A stretch of 64,000 bases of DNA, from NCBI GenBank assembly GCA_013239625.1, contig MU053365.1:2266115-2330114 (forward strand), in the 5' to 3' direction. Position numbers and translations under genes: made by a program. Source of the DNA: Lama guanicoe (Eukaryota). The notes under the pieces are model-generated. The model had not been told where the DNA came from and made no database searches. It saw only the letters and a list, made by a program, of their open reading frames with translations. Positions 12,529 through 26,146 of the stretch are shown here, piece after piece; the stretch's first letter is position 1, and each line of letters begins with the position of its first letter.

Positions 12529-13080
12529 TGTTAAAATATACTTGCAAGATTTTTATTTATGGAGGTGGCAAGGAAAGACCAATGTCACTGAAAGAAGATT
12601 TTCACTACTTCCGTTTCCTGAGCGGACGGAGCATGCCACATCGTGCAGGCCACATGGGGAAGCACCAGGCCTGGTCAGGAGGCAGAAGCAGGAGCGAGGG
12701 GAAAACATGGCCCAAGCCTTAGGTGTATTTCCCTCAGGAAAGGCCAGGCAGGACGAAGGAAGCGGCTTAGGGCTGCCTAGTCTGAGTAACTGTGGTGAGC
12801 TCTAGGCTGCAGGGGCGGTCTACAGCTGTCCAGTGCCCGGTCCTGGGTGACTCAGGGCAGGGGAGATATTGACTTAGTCGGTGACAGTTAGTCAAAGGAG
12901 GTGATTTCATTGGAAGTACAGACGCAGAATTGATTAGTGGGTTTATAATATAATTTTTGTTTGTTAGCAAAAGCTAGATTGCAAGGGAGATGTAAACAAC
13001 TTTGGCCATCAGTCTGGCCCTGTGATTAATGGATGCCAAATAGATAAATACAGAATCTTAGGAAACTCGGAATAAAGACA
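12529..13080 (-). mobile_element. ERVL LTR (MER76/MER74-like)
   Basis: ggccacatggggaagcaccaggcctggtcaggaggcagaagcaggagcgaggggaaaac...aataaagaca; TG...CA termini. Confidence 0.65.
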
Positions 13081-14384
13081 GAAGGGTTGGTGAGGAAGTA
13101 CGGAAGGCAAACATGTTCTTATCTTTGCTTATTTATTTGCTGTCAGTTTCAGTCTGACCTAGTTTGTTTGCAAACTAGTTAAATAGCCAACATTTTCTTA
13201 CACTTTCTACCAGCTATATGTGTTAAAACATATAAATGAGACTAACCACTGAATTGACATTTCTTGGGAAATGTTCAATATAATGCTGTCTTTTTATAAT
13301 ACCAAGATGAGAAAAAAAGGCAACACCGAATCGAAGACAGAAATCAAATAACTGTGAGAGAAAATATGACTTCCTGTTGACATTTTCTAACACTTAATTT
13401 ACCTTTAGAAATGTCAAATGATCTTTTCGCCTTTATTCAGCATGGCCTCCCTGCTTTCTTTTGAAAGGACTCCTCGCTCTGCCTCCTAGAATATCTCAAC
13501 ACAGTGCAATAGCTTAACTAAAATGAGAGAGACTGAGAGAAGGAGTAAACCACTGCAGGCACAAAACACATACGATTTCTCAGGATGACTGAAATTAAAG
13601 TCTCTGAAATATTTAGTATTTATACTCATAACAACCATAACTGCCAGAATTCCTACATGGGAGAGGAATTTGCATCTCTCCAGTTCATGGAGCCCTTTAG
13701 CAGTTTACCCCCTGGACACATAAAACATTAAAGCTGGAAGAGCTCCAAGAGATCATTCATGCTTGTGTTTCTTGTAAACACTCAGAGATCTGCAAACGTG
13801 TCCTGAGGGTTCAGGTGGTAATGGTAGTCATTGTGTGTTTTCAGTTTCTATTTTTAAACATCAATTGATTATATAAAATAATTATTTTAATGTTGGTTTC
13901 CATTTAAGATCGATAACAAGTGGTCATGTGGTCACTGACTGCTAGATGAGGTTGCTCACGATACGTCGCTCTCGCCACCAGCTGACCTCAGGGTTTTGGT
14001 GCATAGTAGGAATTGTTTTTATCCTTATCATATCTGTTTAATTTTCTTCCTTTATAGACCAGGTTGAAGACAGAACACATAGGGAACACCGATGGGGTAT
14101 ATAGCACGTGACTGAGAAGTTTAAAAATGATAACAACTCTGCCAATTTGCCTTCTCATGATCTAGAACTTCTGACTTATCAATGTTCTCATATAAAACAT
14201 GACTCTCCAGGACTTCAAAAGTCAGCCTTAAGAGAGGCAATACGGTCAGGAATATATAATTTGTCTATTCATTTATTAGGAATAAAACTACTCCTATCCA
14301 GAAAGTGTCATTTGCAGAGAAATGCTTTCAAATAGCAGCCTGAAGCTTCTCCTCTCATGTCAATATTTAGCGAGTGATACATGT

Positions 14385-15283
14385 TGTAAAAAATAAACAC
14401 CAGAATAGCTAAAATACTATTGAAGGAGAAGAACAAAGTTGGAGAACTCATGCTACCTGACTTCAAGACTTACTGAAAAATCTACAGTAATCAAGAAAGT
14501 GTGGTGTTGGAGAAAGAATAGACAAATAAATCAATGGAACAGAATAGAGAGCCCAGAAATAGACCCACATAAATACAGTCAGCTAATCTTTGACAAAGGA
14601 ACAAAGGCAGTGCAACGGAGTCAAGACAGTTTCTTCAACAAATGGTGCTGGAACATTAAAGAACTGGGTATCCTCAGGCCAAAAAAAACACAACAATCTA
14701 GACTCAGATTTTACACCCTTCACAAAAATTAATGCAAAATGGATCATAGACCTAAATTTAAAATAAGAAACTATAAAACTCCTAGAAGATAACATAGGAG
14801 AAATCCTAGATGATTTGGGGCATGCTGATGGCTTTTTAGATAGAACACCAAAGACACCATCCATGAAAGAAATAGTTGATAAGTTGGACTTCATTTAAAT
14901 AAAAAAACTTCTGCTCCTGGAAATTGACACAACATTGTAAACTGATTATAACTCGAAAAGAAAAGTTATAAAAAATTTTTTCTGCTCTGTAAAAAATGCT
15001 GTCAAGTGAATGAAAAAACAAACCACAGTCTGTGAAAAAATATTTGCAGAAGACACATCTGATATGTCTGGATAGACCCAAAGTATACAAAGAACTCTTA
15101 GAATGCAGTAATGAGGAAATAATCTGATTTACAAATTGGCCAAAGACTTTACCAGATATTTCACCCAAAAAAGATATACAGATGGCAAATAAGCATATGA
15201 AAAGTAACCCATCTCATACAACATCAGGGAAATGCAAATTAAAACTTCAGTGAGATACCACTACGCACCTATTAGAATGGCCA
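14385..15283 (+). mobile_element. LINE-1 ORF2 remnant (non-functional)
   Basis: ORF 14439-14732 contains [35 protein letters not shown]...FNKWCW, an L1 ORF2p motif; frameshifts and stops downstream; ends tgagataccactacgcacctattagaatggc. Confidence 0.93.
14917..14970 (+). mobile_element. Ultra-short lineage L1 3'-tail insertion inside the older L1
   Basis: ctggaaattgacacaacattgtaaactgattataactc plus A-rich tail, flanked by A-rich...ttctgctc duplications at 14909-14916 and 14980-14987. Confidence 0.75.
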
Positions 15284-15439
15284 GGTTGAAGACTTGACAG
15301 GAGTTAGTGATTGTCTGCAAGTTGTCTAAAAGATGGAAGTCACAAAGGATTCCATTCTCACTGAGCTATCTAGGAGACTAGGAGAGGAGAGAGAGAGAAA
15401 GCTGAGGACTGAACATGAAGGGAGTGTGCGCAGATATTG

Positions 15440-15768
15440 CTGTTGGTACTTCTTTCTCATGCGCTGGAGCCTTGGAAACTGTATCTCCCACATTGCCTTG
15501 CCATTAGGGTCTCCTGAGATTTGGATGACAAAATACCCGGAGAAGCAGGAGCGCGGGGCAGGTATGAAATTTGCAGTGGCTTCTGAGCAAGCTACCTGAC
15601 AACATGGCTAGCAGCCGCTTCCTCTTCCTATACATCCTGATTTCCTCAACTCTCCTGACCTCTGCCCCCTTCCAGGGCTTATGTAACCATAATTTTCCCC
15701 AAATTACATCCTCTTGCTAAAAACCGTGGAGTGATTTCTATACTTCTGACCAAACCCTGATTGATGTA
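15440..15768 (+). mobile_element. Old ERVL-type LTR fragment
   Basis: 3' end gagtgatttctatacttctgaccaaaccctgattgatg resembles LTR33/LTR16-type termini. Confidence 0.45.
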
Positions 15769-15771
15769 AAC

Positions 15772-15937
15772 CCTTGCACCCAAAGTGTGGTTCCCGGGCC
15801 AGGAGCATCGCATCAACTAGGAGCTTGTTACCAACTCAGAAACTCAAGCCCCACCCCAGACCTACTGAATTAGAATGTGCATTTTAGCATGATCTCCAGG
15901 GGATTGGTACGTGGATTCAAATTCAAGAAGACTTGCT
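15772..15937. mobile_element. MER5A-like MITE
   Basis: caaagtgtggttccc...gagcttgtta...ccccaccccagacctactgaattagaa...cattttagcatgatctccagg. Confidence 0.85.
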
Positions 15938-16227
15938 ATATAGCGATTAGACAGGTCGGTCATCCTTTGGATAAGTTTCAGTGGAACAATGGAGGAAGAG
16001 AAGAAAAATTTATAGGAGGAAAGACATAAATGTGAGGCAAGAAAACAGAGGGAATAAATAGGTATCACTGTTTTAAAGAATTTATCTAGAAACTAAAAGG
16101 GGCCAATCTAAGAAATGCCCTTTCCTTTCCCTATTGTTCGTGACTTTAAGACAAATCACATCAAAGCGGCTATTACACAAGTGGCTGTTTCTTAAAGTAT
16201 CTTTATTTTCCACGGGACTCTGGAACT

Positions 16228-16535
16228 CTAGAGTGGTGATGTTCAATACAGTGGCACTAGCCCCAACTGTCTATTATGCACTTGAAATGTGGCTAGTCCA
16301 AATTGAGGTATGCTATAGGCACAGAATCCAAGATGGATTTTTAAGATATAAAAGGAAAAAATAATCCTACATATCACATAGGTATTTTTTATTTGTGACG
16401 TGTCAAATGTTAATATGTTAAATGTATTGGGTTAAATAAGTTTTTATAATCAATCCCACCTTGTTATTTTTTATCATTTTTGAATGCAGATACTAGAAAA
16501 ATTTTAATTACATATGTGATTCATACTATATTTCT
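16228..16535. mobile_element. MER33 hAT-Charlie; terminus resumes at about 17905-17925 after the L1
   Basis: gcacttgaaatgtggctagtccaaattgag...tattgggttaaataag...ctagaaaaattttaattacatatgtg; attagacagtgctgccctaga after the L1. Confidence 0.8.
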
Positions 16536-17036
16536 TTTTCTCCAGCTTTATTGTGATGTAACTGACATAGAACATTGTGTAAGTTTAAGGTATACAATGT
16601 GATGATTTGATACACATAGATATTGCAAAATGTTTTCAACACTAAGGAGTTAACACATCCCTCACCTCACATATTTACAATTTTGCTGTTGTGGTAAGAA
16701 CATTAAAGCTCTACTCTCATAGTAACTTTAAAATATACAATATCCTTAACTATAGTCACCATGCTGTGCACTGTGTCCCCAGAACTTATTCATCCTAAAA
16801 CTGAAAGTTTGTACCCTTTCACTAGCCTGTCCCCATTTTCCCTACCCCTAAGCTCCTGGCAACCACTGTTCTACTTGGTTTGTATGAATTCAATGGTTTT
16901 AGATTCCATCTATAAGTGAAATTATACAGTATCTGTGTTTCCCTGTCTAACCTAATTGTGACTTAGCACAGTGCCCTCAAGGTCCAGCCACGTTGTCACA
17001 AATGGCAGGATTTCCTTCCTTTTTATGGCTGAATTA

Positions 17037-17068
<32 letters not shown>

Positions 17069-17892
17069 TCACGTTTTCTTTATCCATCCATCCATCGATA
17101 GGCACTTAGATATTTCCCATGTCTTGGCTATTGTGAATAATGCTGAAATAAACATGGGAGTGCAGATAGCTCTTCAAAATGACAATTTCTTTTTCTTTGG
17201 ACAGATGCTTAAAGTAAGATCGTTGGGTCATATGGTAGTTCTATTTTTAAATTTTTTGAAGAACCTCCATCCTGTTTTCCACCGTGGCTGCACCAATTCA
17301 CATTCCCACCAACAGTGTTTGAGGGTTCTCTTTTCTCAACGGCATCTTCAATGCTTGCTACTGCTTGTCTTTTTGATAGTAGCCATCCTAACAGGGGCAA
17401 ACTGGGTTTGATTCACCTTTGTCTGATTGCGAGTAACGTTGAGCACATTTTCACATACCTGTCGGCCATTTGGATGTGTTCTTTGGAAAATGTCAGTTCA
17501 GGTCCTTTGCCCATTTTTCAGTTAGATTGTTTCTGTCGTGCTATTGATTTGTATGAGTTTCTTACGTACTTTGGTTATTAACCCCTTATCAGATATGTGG
17601 CTTGCAAATATTTTCTCCCATTCTGTAGGTCGCCCTTTCACGCTGTTGCTTGTTTCTTTTGCTGTGCAGAAGCTTTTTATAGTCGATGTAGTCCCACTTG
17701 TTGCTTTTGTTCTTTGTGTTTTTGGTGGTACAACCAAAAAATCATTGCCAAGGCCAATGCCACGGAGTTTCTTGCTATGCTTTTTTTTGAGGAGTGTTTT
17801 GGTCTCAGGTCTTACGTTTAAGTTGTTAATCCATTTTGAGTTCATTTTTATGAGTGGTGTAAGAAAGGGGTCCAATTTCATTCTTTTTCATC
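16536..17892 (-). mobile_element. L1MA-like LINE-1, 5'-truncated, with internal (CA)n
   Basis: ORF 17522-17881(-) MKLDPFLTP..NSKWI..LNVRPET..KSFCTAKET..PTEWEKIFASHISDKGLI is the L1 ORF2p C-terminal region; (AC)n at about 17040-17068. Confidence 0.95.
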
Positions 17893-19554
17893 ACGTTAGA
17901 CATCCATTAGACAGTGCTGCCCTAGAGAGCTGGGATAGGGTCTTAGTGATAACTGAATCCACAACACCATGTGCTCCATTTCTTAGCACTGAACTGCTAA
18001 ATGGAGGTAAAAATTTCTAAGCTCTCCAGTCAAAGCTGATCTTTCTACTGAATGTTCACAGCACTTAATATTTGCACTTCCTGGTACGTAATTATGCATA
18101 ATTTAGAACTCACTTGGCATAATTTCATGCTGCTAATTATGTCATGTCTATAAGTATTTTCACTTTTGTGCATCCTCTTAGTCTTATTATGCCTAACACA
18201 ATGCCGTGTACACAGTAGGAGTTGATTAAGTTCCTGTTAAATTAAAATAGGTGTTTTTAAACCTCTGCTTGTGATGAACTTTGCTACCAGAGTAATAAAA
18301 GCTCAGTATACATATGACACATGAGGCTGACCCACTTAGTGACCATTTATTTTTGACATAAACATGGCCCCATAACAATGAATTAGCCCACTGAGATGTG
18401 AATTCATTCACAAATGTTTGACACCTAGTATGTTCCAGGATTTCCTCACTTACACCACTAACCCAATTACATTCTTTTTCATCTCTGTTTAAAGAAACAC
18501 TGAGTAAACACATGATAACCCTGAATTCTCATACCTTCTGTTTTCAGAACTATATGTATATTTTTTATTTCCTAAAATGTGTGCATTACTGTATTACTCT
18601 TACCCAGTGTTACTTCTTGCAAAGATATTTATTTTATGATATAGTTTTGATTCCCAGTAACATAGACTGGCTCAAAGGAGAAAAGAAGAAATGAATTGAA
18701 TAGCTGCCATGGATTCATAACTTCTTCCCACAGCCCTTCCTGAGTTGAGGGCAAGTCAGAGCTTGGTGGAGGGTACTTAAATAGACTTCATGATCAATAG
18801 GAAGGTCTCACAGTTTCTCCATTTTTCACTCTTCCCCTAAAAAATGAAAGAGCTGCAGTTTGATCTCCACCGTTGACATATAGTAATTTAAACATCAAAG
18901 AGGGATTTTAGTAACAGGTTTCACACTTTTGAAGGAAAAAAAAGGTTTCCCATAGCTTTGTTGGCAACAGATAAAAGCATTGAATCAAAATAACCTAGAT
19001 AAACTGCCTATGGAGTTCATCCATGAAGTCCAGGTTCTTGGGTCCAGGCTCAAAATAAGACTCTGCTTAGGTCACCTTATTTCTTTAGAGAAACAATACC
19101 CAACTCATCTACTAAGTTGACCAACAAAAAGCCCACATTTACATTTTTTTATTTCCCCAACAGCCCAACAATGGCTGACACCATATCTGCTCATCCAATG
19201 AATCGTCATGCCAAATTGCTCCATGGAGAGAGCTTGCTCTGTCCTCTTGTGTGTCATGTTTAACTGTCATGTGATGATCTCCCCAAAGCTTTCATCCATT
19301 GGCTGCCTTCAAGGTGGAGACATAGCTATTTTTGTCAGCTGCTGATGGCCATCTTGGGAGTCAATTCAGTAGAAACTTTTGTGCTCTGACTCATTTTTTC
19401 TCCATACAATAATAATACATATACACACAGATGCATATACACAAATCTTATATATATATGCATAGTACGTAATATAGGGAGGATCTCAGAGAGGCCAGCT
19501 GAAGACAGTTTGAGGTGGGCAGTGAGTCAGAAGCACCAACTCTTGTCCTGCATT

Positions 19555-20150
19555 TGGAGTCAGCATCATTCTCACTCAGATTACTGTGATTCTCCCTGCT
19601 TCAACCCTTGCCTTTCTAGAGTCTTCCATCACGAGGAAAACCCCAGGTCCCTCTATTGACCTACATGGCTCTTCATGATCTGTCCTAGAGCCCCTTGCTT
19701 CTGGAACTTCAGTTCTTAACACTCTTCTGCATTCACTTTACTCCATGTCTTCATCTCCTACTGCCCCCTTAAATGTGCCAAATGTACTTATGCTCATGGT
19801 CTTTGTACTTGCTCTTCCTTCTTCTTGGGACAGTCCCCAACATATCACTTTAGATCTCTGATGAATTGACACCTATCAGTCAGGCTTTCCCTGACTAGCC
19901 TATATAAAACAGCAACACTGCTCCAACACTCTAACCACTTCACCATCTGATCATTTTTTTCCAAAGCTCTTATCACTATCTGATCTAATATATTGTTAAC
20001 TTGTTCATTTATTATATTTCCCCCTAGTAGAATATCAGCTCCATGAGGACAGAGATTTTTTTTTCACTGCTATATCTCAAAAACCTAGAACTTAAGAGGT
20101 ACTCACCAGATATTTGCTGAATTAATAAATTCATAAGTGAATGAATAGAT
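19555..20150 (+). mobile_element. L2 3' region
   Basis: ctcactcagattactg...gtctttgtacttgctcttcc...tagaatatcagctccatgaggacagaga...atatttgctgaattaataaat. Confidence 0.8.
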
Positions 20151-21101
20151 ACTATATAAAGAATTGATTAAACTCCTGGGACTAACATTGAAGAAACATG
20201 AGACTGAACTACAGGCCCCAGATTAACAGGAGAAATTAAAATTTACTAAGTCATGGTCACAATACCAGGGCAGAAGTATGTGAGATATCTCAGGGACTGG
20301 GTCAAGCTTGGGGGCATATTACCTAGAAATTTCTTCATAGAATCAATAGGAATCAAATCAAGAGCCAAAAATTAAAGCAGAGGCCACAGGCTAAAAGCAA
20401 GAAAGTAACATGACTAACCAGAGGGCTGAGAAGGAGATAGAAGAAAGAATTTGGAAAATCAAACAGTGAAGCGAATGGCATGAAGTCCTAGGTGCCGGGT
20501 GAATTAAGCCAATGGTTCAGGTACTTTGAATCCAGTGGTCAGAGCAGAATAGGCAAGGTACCAAGTCCACACTGGTGGGCCAGGGTTGGACTACAGAGAG
20601 CCAGAATAGACAGGAGACCTTAGTCGGAAGCAAAACACAAAATGCAAGCAGAATTTGGCATCTGGGTCTCATTTGGGGAAATGCTACAATGAGTAGAAAA
20701 CTGACACACTGGGAGACCAAAATAAAATTTTCAGTATCTAGTGTAAGTGGACCGGTCTTCACAACCAAGCACATAGCACAAGACTGTTTCCAAGTGAGAG
20801 GCTATCTGTCCTCTGGCTAAGTATGAAGCACCCAATCTACTCAGACCAGATAGACAAGGCCTACTCCCCAAGAGGTGACTAGTTCTGCTATTTTATGGAG
20901 AAAATACAAACCACAGATGAGAACCCCCACATTTTCCCAACATCATTCCCTAACCTAATATCATCATTACGTGGATAACCATATATTCTCCCTTCCCTCC
21001 TATTGCAAAGAAAGAAACATCTGTACTTTTATCATAAATCAGTCTTTCTGCACATCTTGTTTCTCCTTTTCAAGGACTTTCTCTTTCACTGTATTTTTTT
21101 C

Positions 21102-21651
21102 TGTGATAGCCAGAATTCTAAGACGGCTCTCAAGATGCCTGTTTCCCTGGAGTACATGCCCTATAAAATCTCCATCCCTTGAATGTAAGTGGGGCCTGTT
21201 ACCATGGCAAACGGTGATAGGATAATCACTCCCATGCTTATCTTACATTATTCAAGACTCCCTCTTAGCAGACTGGGGAGAAATTCTCCTGTTAGCTTTG
21301 AAGAATTTAGCTGCTATTTTGTGTAAGGTCCACATGGCTAAGACTGGAGAGTGATCTCTAGGAACCAAGAGTTAACAATGGCTAACAGCCAGTAAGGAAG
21401 CAGGAGCCTCAGTCCTACAACAACTAGGAACTGAACTCTGCCAAGAACCTGAGGAAGCTGGAAACAGAGAAGATTATATCCCCAAGCCAACACTTTGATT
21501 TTCAGCCTATTGAAACCAGAAGCAGAGAACCCAGCAAACCCCACGCCTGGACTCCTTCCTGACCTATAAGAATGGTAAGATAATAAATTTGTGCTTTTTA
21601 AAACTGCTAAGTTTGTGATAATTTTATTGAGTATCAATAGAAAACTAATGC
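21102..21651 (+). mobile_element. MLT1E-like MaLR LTR
   Basis: tgtgatagccagaattctaagacggc...ggaactgaactctgccaa...gataataaatttgtg...ctaagtttgtgataatt...atagaaaactaat. Confidence 0.88.
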
Positions 21652-22087
21652 AGCTGTTGGTACTTGGAAGTGGAGTGCTGCTATAACAAATAATTAAAAT
21701 GCAGGATCAGCTTTGGAATTGGACAGTGGGAAGAGTCTGGAAGAAGGTTAGAAAGCATGACACAGAAAGCCCAAATTACCTTGAACAGAGACCATTAGTA
21801 GACATCTGGACTATAGGGATGCTGCAGGTGAGGGCTCAGAAGGAAGTGAGGAAGATGGTGTTGGAAAGTGGAGGAAAGGGGACCCTTGTTACATAGTGCC
21901 AGAAAGCTTAGCTGCTTTGTGTCCACTAGTTGTGTGGAAAGCAGAACTTGTAAATGACAGACTTGGATATTTAGCTAAGGAGACTTTCAAGCAAAATGTT
22001 GAAGGCTCAGCCTAGTTTCTGCTTGTTACTTATAGTAAAATGAAAGAGGAAAAAGATAATAAATTGAGGGAAGAACTGTTAGACAAA
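21652..22087 (+). mobile_element. MLT1 internal region 5' part
   Basis: ttggtacttggaagtggagtgctgctataacaaata...tggaggaaaggggacccttgtta...gtggaaagcagaacttgtaaatga immediately follows the LTR. Confidence 0.8.
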
Positions 22088-22089
22088 TA

Positions 22090-23565
22090 TGCCTTTCCTT
22101 ATCTACATCATCAATGTTTTCCCTTTTTTAAGGAAAATTCTTATCAACACACAAACATGTGCTAATTGTTCCATTAAAATAAAATACCCTTCCTTGATCC
22201 CATATCCCCCCGACCCAGCTCCTATCTAATATTTTTGCTTCCCTTCACAGTTAAATATTCACAAAATTTCTGCTTATGCTATGTCTATTTTCTCACCTCA
22301 TATTTTCCCCTCAACATACTCCTCTGTTGTCTGCCCCTTTCATTCCATCAAAACTCCTTTCACTGAGGATATCAGTGACCTTTGTGTTGTAGGCTAATTA
22401 TTTGACCTCTCAGTAGTATTCAATAAAGTTAACCTACTTCCTTCTTTGTAAAACATTCTCCTTTTCTGCTTCTGTGACATGATACTCTTCTGGCTCTTCC
22501 CCTACCTCACTGACTACTGCTTTAAAAAAAATTAACTGTTTTTTTTTTTTAAAGTGACTGGTTCAGTGCTCTGTGATTTTGTCCTGGGCTCTTTTCTCCA
22601 ACTAAACTCTCCTTCTAGGTGATTATTCCATTTTCATAACTTCAAGACCAAATCTTGTCACTGAATCCAATACTCCATCTTTCTTCTTGATAGCTCCATC
22701 TGGATGTCTCCTAAACATCTTAAAATGCATGTCCAAAATAGAACTTGTAGTCTTCCTCAAAGTTGTTCCAGTTTCGGTCAAAAGTACCTCTACTAACACC
22801 ATTGTTGAAGCCAGAAGCTTTGGAATCATCCTTGACTTATCTGTCTCCTCCAAGTCCCACCTTTGCTCACCCTCCAGATGCTGTAGATCATCCCATGAAG
22901 CACATCTCAAGTCTATCTATCTGTACCACTCCTACCCTTCTATTTTCACTCCTGTTCGTTCTTCGTTCTCCACTTAGCAGCCAGACTGAGTCTTCTCATT
23001 TCTCAGTCTGATGTCACTCCCCTGCTCCAAACTTTTGGAAGGCGTCCTATCACACACAGGAGAAAATTCCAAAGCCTCTAAGACCCTGTATGCCACAGCC
23101 CTTGGCTGCCCCATTGACCCACCCCACCCTTCTTCCCTTAGCAACCCCACTGCTGCCACCCTGCAATTCCTTGGCTTCCTGGAATGTTTCAAGCTCCTGC
23201 TTCTGAGCTATACCTTCTGTGAGAAACCATCTTCCACACGACTCCTAACCTGTCTCTCTCCTAATCATGTTTGAGATCTCAGCCTAACTGCCCCTGCCTC
23301 AGAAAGACCTTCACTCAGCTGCCAGATCCTATCTGCATACCTATCTGATACCATTTTTGGTGGTTCCAAGTATATTTTCCCAGAAGCACCTTTTCGTGGT
23401 TTGTAAATTTAGGTCTGAGGATATTTGATGATGTCCATGTCCACTCTGCTAGGCATAAGCACAGGGAAGCCTGGGGCTGCCTCAGTATCACTCATCACCC
23501 TACCTCTGGTGTCTCATAGTACCTGAGACATTGTAGGTGCTCAGTAAATGTGTGTTAAATGAAGC
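22090..23565 (+). mobile_element. Long L2 LINE with degenerate RT remnant
   Basis: tttgacctctcagtagtattcaataaagtt encodes FDLSVVFNKV (L2 motif LDLSAAFDTV); ttctggctcttcccctacctc; ends gtaggtgctcagtaaatgtgtgttaaatgaa. Confidence 0.85.
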
Positions 23566-26146
23566 ATGGTTGGAGACATCCAGAAAAGCAAAGGCCTGGA
23601 CCCTTCAAGCAGTTCTAATAATCTAATAATCCTCTGGAATATTTCCTACCTTTCCCATCCCTAAACCCTAGATGAGTTCTTAGTCATCGTTACTTCATTA
23701 AAATAGGTCTTGTCATCTTGAAGGATGTCACCTGTGTGTAACCTTGGGCCACACTTAGGTTGCCCACAGATGCCATGATGGGGCAACTCTCTAGCTTCTG
23801 GCAATCTAAATCTTAACACGTGTGTTTACCATCATGCATTTCCCATGATACATTTAGCAAACATTAATAATAGGCAAAAATACCCACCCGGCACTGTAAC
23901 AGTATGTAACTTGTCTATTTGCTCATGTTTGGAAGCAGGAAGGAGTAAGAAGGAGCCAATAAAATATCTCAATTTTAGAGTAGTCCTGGCTCTAATTTAC
24001 AACTTATTTCATCCCTTCACCCAAGGAGACGTGTATATGTATATGCTGCATGTTTGTGTATAAATATACATTCATATATTTCATTTTATACACTATGTAC
24101 ACATACATATATTTATCCTAACCTCTCATAGCTCTTTTTCTACTGAGACTGTAGATTATGAGAATAAGAAGAGAAAGGGAATCTCTCCTCTCTGATCCCT
24201 GGGTAATAACTATAACTGGCTCACCCTCAGATCATGTGTCAACACGGGTAAAACCTAAATACACATATCTATAAAATGGGGGAAATAAATGTAATTGAAT
24301 CTTTTATATTTTGTGACCCTACTATTTCTATAAAAGCTGTGTAGCTATCATTAGTTTATTAGTATTAAACAGACCACTCAAAATAAAAAAGACAAAGCAT
24401 GTTTTCTAACAGTTACGCCAAAGCAAGTTGGTAACCTTGTGCACAATACCAATAACAAAATGGTTCTTGGAGATTTTTAGTGAATTTGGATTTTTTTTTC
24501 TGATGCCACACAGTGAGCAAGGCTTGCAGTCAGGCTCTGGAAGCCACTCGAATAGATAATTAGATACAATCTGTGTACTGACTGGCACAGACGGTGAGGA
24601 GTGAACAAGTCCTACCTGCCAGTGATGCTCGCAGTTGCTGTGACAACAAGATTTGAGAGACTGGGTGAAACAAAACAGAGAGTCACCCATCCAGAGCTGC
24701 CCCGTCTCATGGTCACACGTATATGTGAATGGGTCTTATCCATTGCCTGCAGACTTCTGCTCCCCCCACCCAAAACCATAGCCTCTGCATCAGTGCTAAT
24801 GTCAGCACTGGGACAATCAGAAAGGTCAGTCCTCCATCCACTGCCACTCCACCTGAAGCTGCTCAGACACTGGAGATCTTGCTCCACTTCCAACATCACC
24901 CTTTATTTCTCTCACTGGAATAGAATCTTTCCTTCAAAAAACAACAGGAGTATGCCGAGGACCAAAGCCTCCAAAATACTGAAAAGAAGTATCGTATTCA
25001 GTTGGAGGATGATAGCTGATTTTTAAACCCTTTTAATAAAATGTGTTTCAGGATGTCATGATAATATTCTCCTAACAAAACCACGAAGGACTATGCAGTT
25101 TCCAGGTGGGCCCCTATGATGGCAGAGAAAATATCCACGTGTCCAACACATGTGAAAAATGCTATTTGGAATCCATGTCCAGTCACCCTGTCAACACTGC
25201 AACCCACCCTGTCACAGCCTGCGAAGGACCTCTAAAATGTCTGTGCATGACTGCTGCCTGGGTACTCAATTTCCTGCGCTATTGCAACAGAGAAAGGAAG
25301 AAAACACATGAGCGAATCACTGAGGAAGGCCAGAGCTTCACCTCTGTCAAGGGCACCTCCCCTTCTATGTCCTCCACATTTTCTTGGTAGCACCTCAATA
25401 TTTTACATTTCAGCATCTCCCTTGCACATCAAAAACCTTGTCACGTTTCCCTAGGGTTCCAGGCATTGCAAGGGGATAATAGGAAACTCAAGCAAAACAC
25501 CTTTCAATAGTGACTACTGAGTCTCGTTAGGAGAAACAGGCTGGTCAGTTCTACTCCTATATTTCATTTCATGCTCTGAACACAGCTGCTGGCCATACTT
25601 CTGCTTAAGTGTGACCCTCCCCAAGAACTTCGGTATCGTTTCTCATCAAGTGATCGGAGAAACTTTCCTGTCCTTCATCCTCCACCGTGTTTGGAACATC
25701 CCTATATGATGGCCAAAGGCAATAGGCCAGAGAGGATGTTGGGAACTTAGCCAACTTCCCTCCTACTGCAGCCAAACTACCTTTTCTAGTTCTGCAAGGA
25801 ATATGAAGTTTGCTGAACTGAACTGAACTCTAAACACCAGTTCCCTTAAGTAGGAAAGGGTTGTTGTGATGATGAGAAATAATATATGCAAAGTAGCTAA
25901 TTACAGACCTGGCTTTCAGTAGGCAATCAATAAATTGTAACTATTTTTATTTTGCTCATAAGCTAGAGTTTCTACTGGGGTGGTACACACCGTGGGAAAC
26001 TGGCAGAGTCTAGACAAGGAACAAACACCCAAACTTAATTAAAACCACAACGAGAGTCTGGAAGGAGGAGCAGACCTTGAGAAAATGTTCACAAATGCGT
26101 GCCAAAATGAATGTGGAACCGGGGACCGGAGGATAGATGACTTCTT

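Noticed and set aside
14439..17881. ORFs with real protein homology
   Set aside because: They are frameshifted LINE-1 ORF2p remnants, not host genes or active elements
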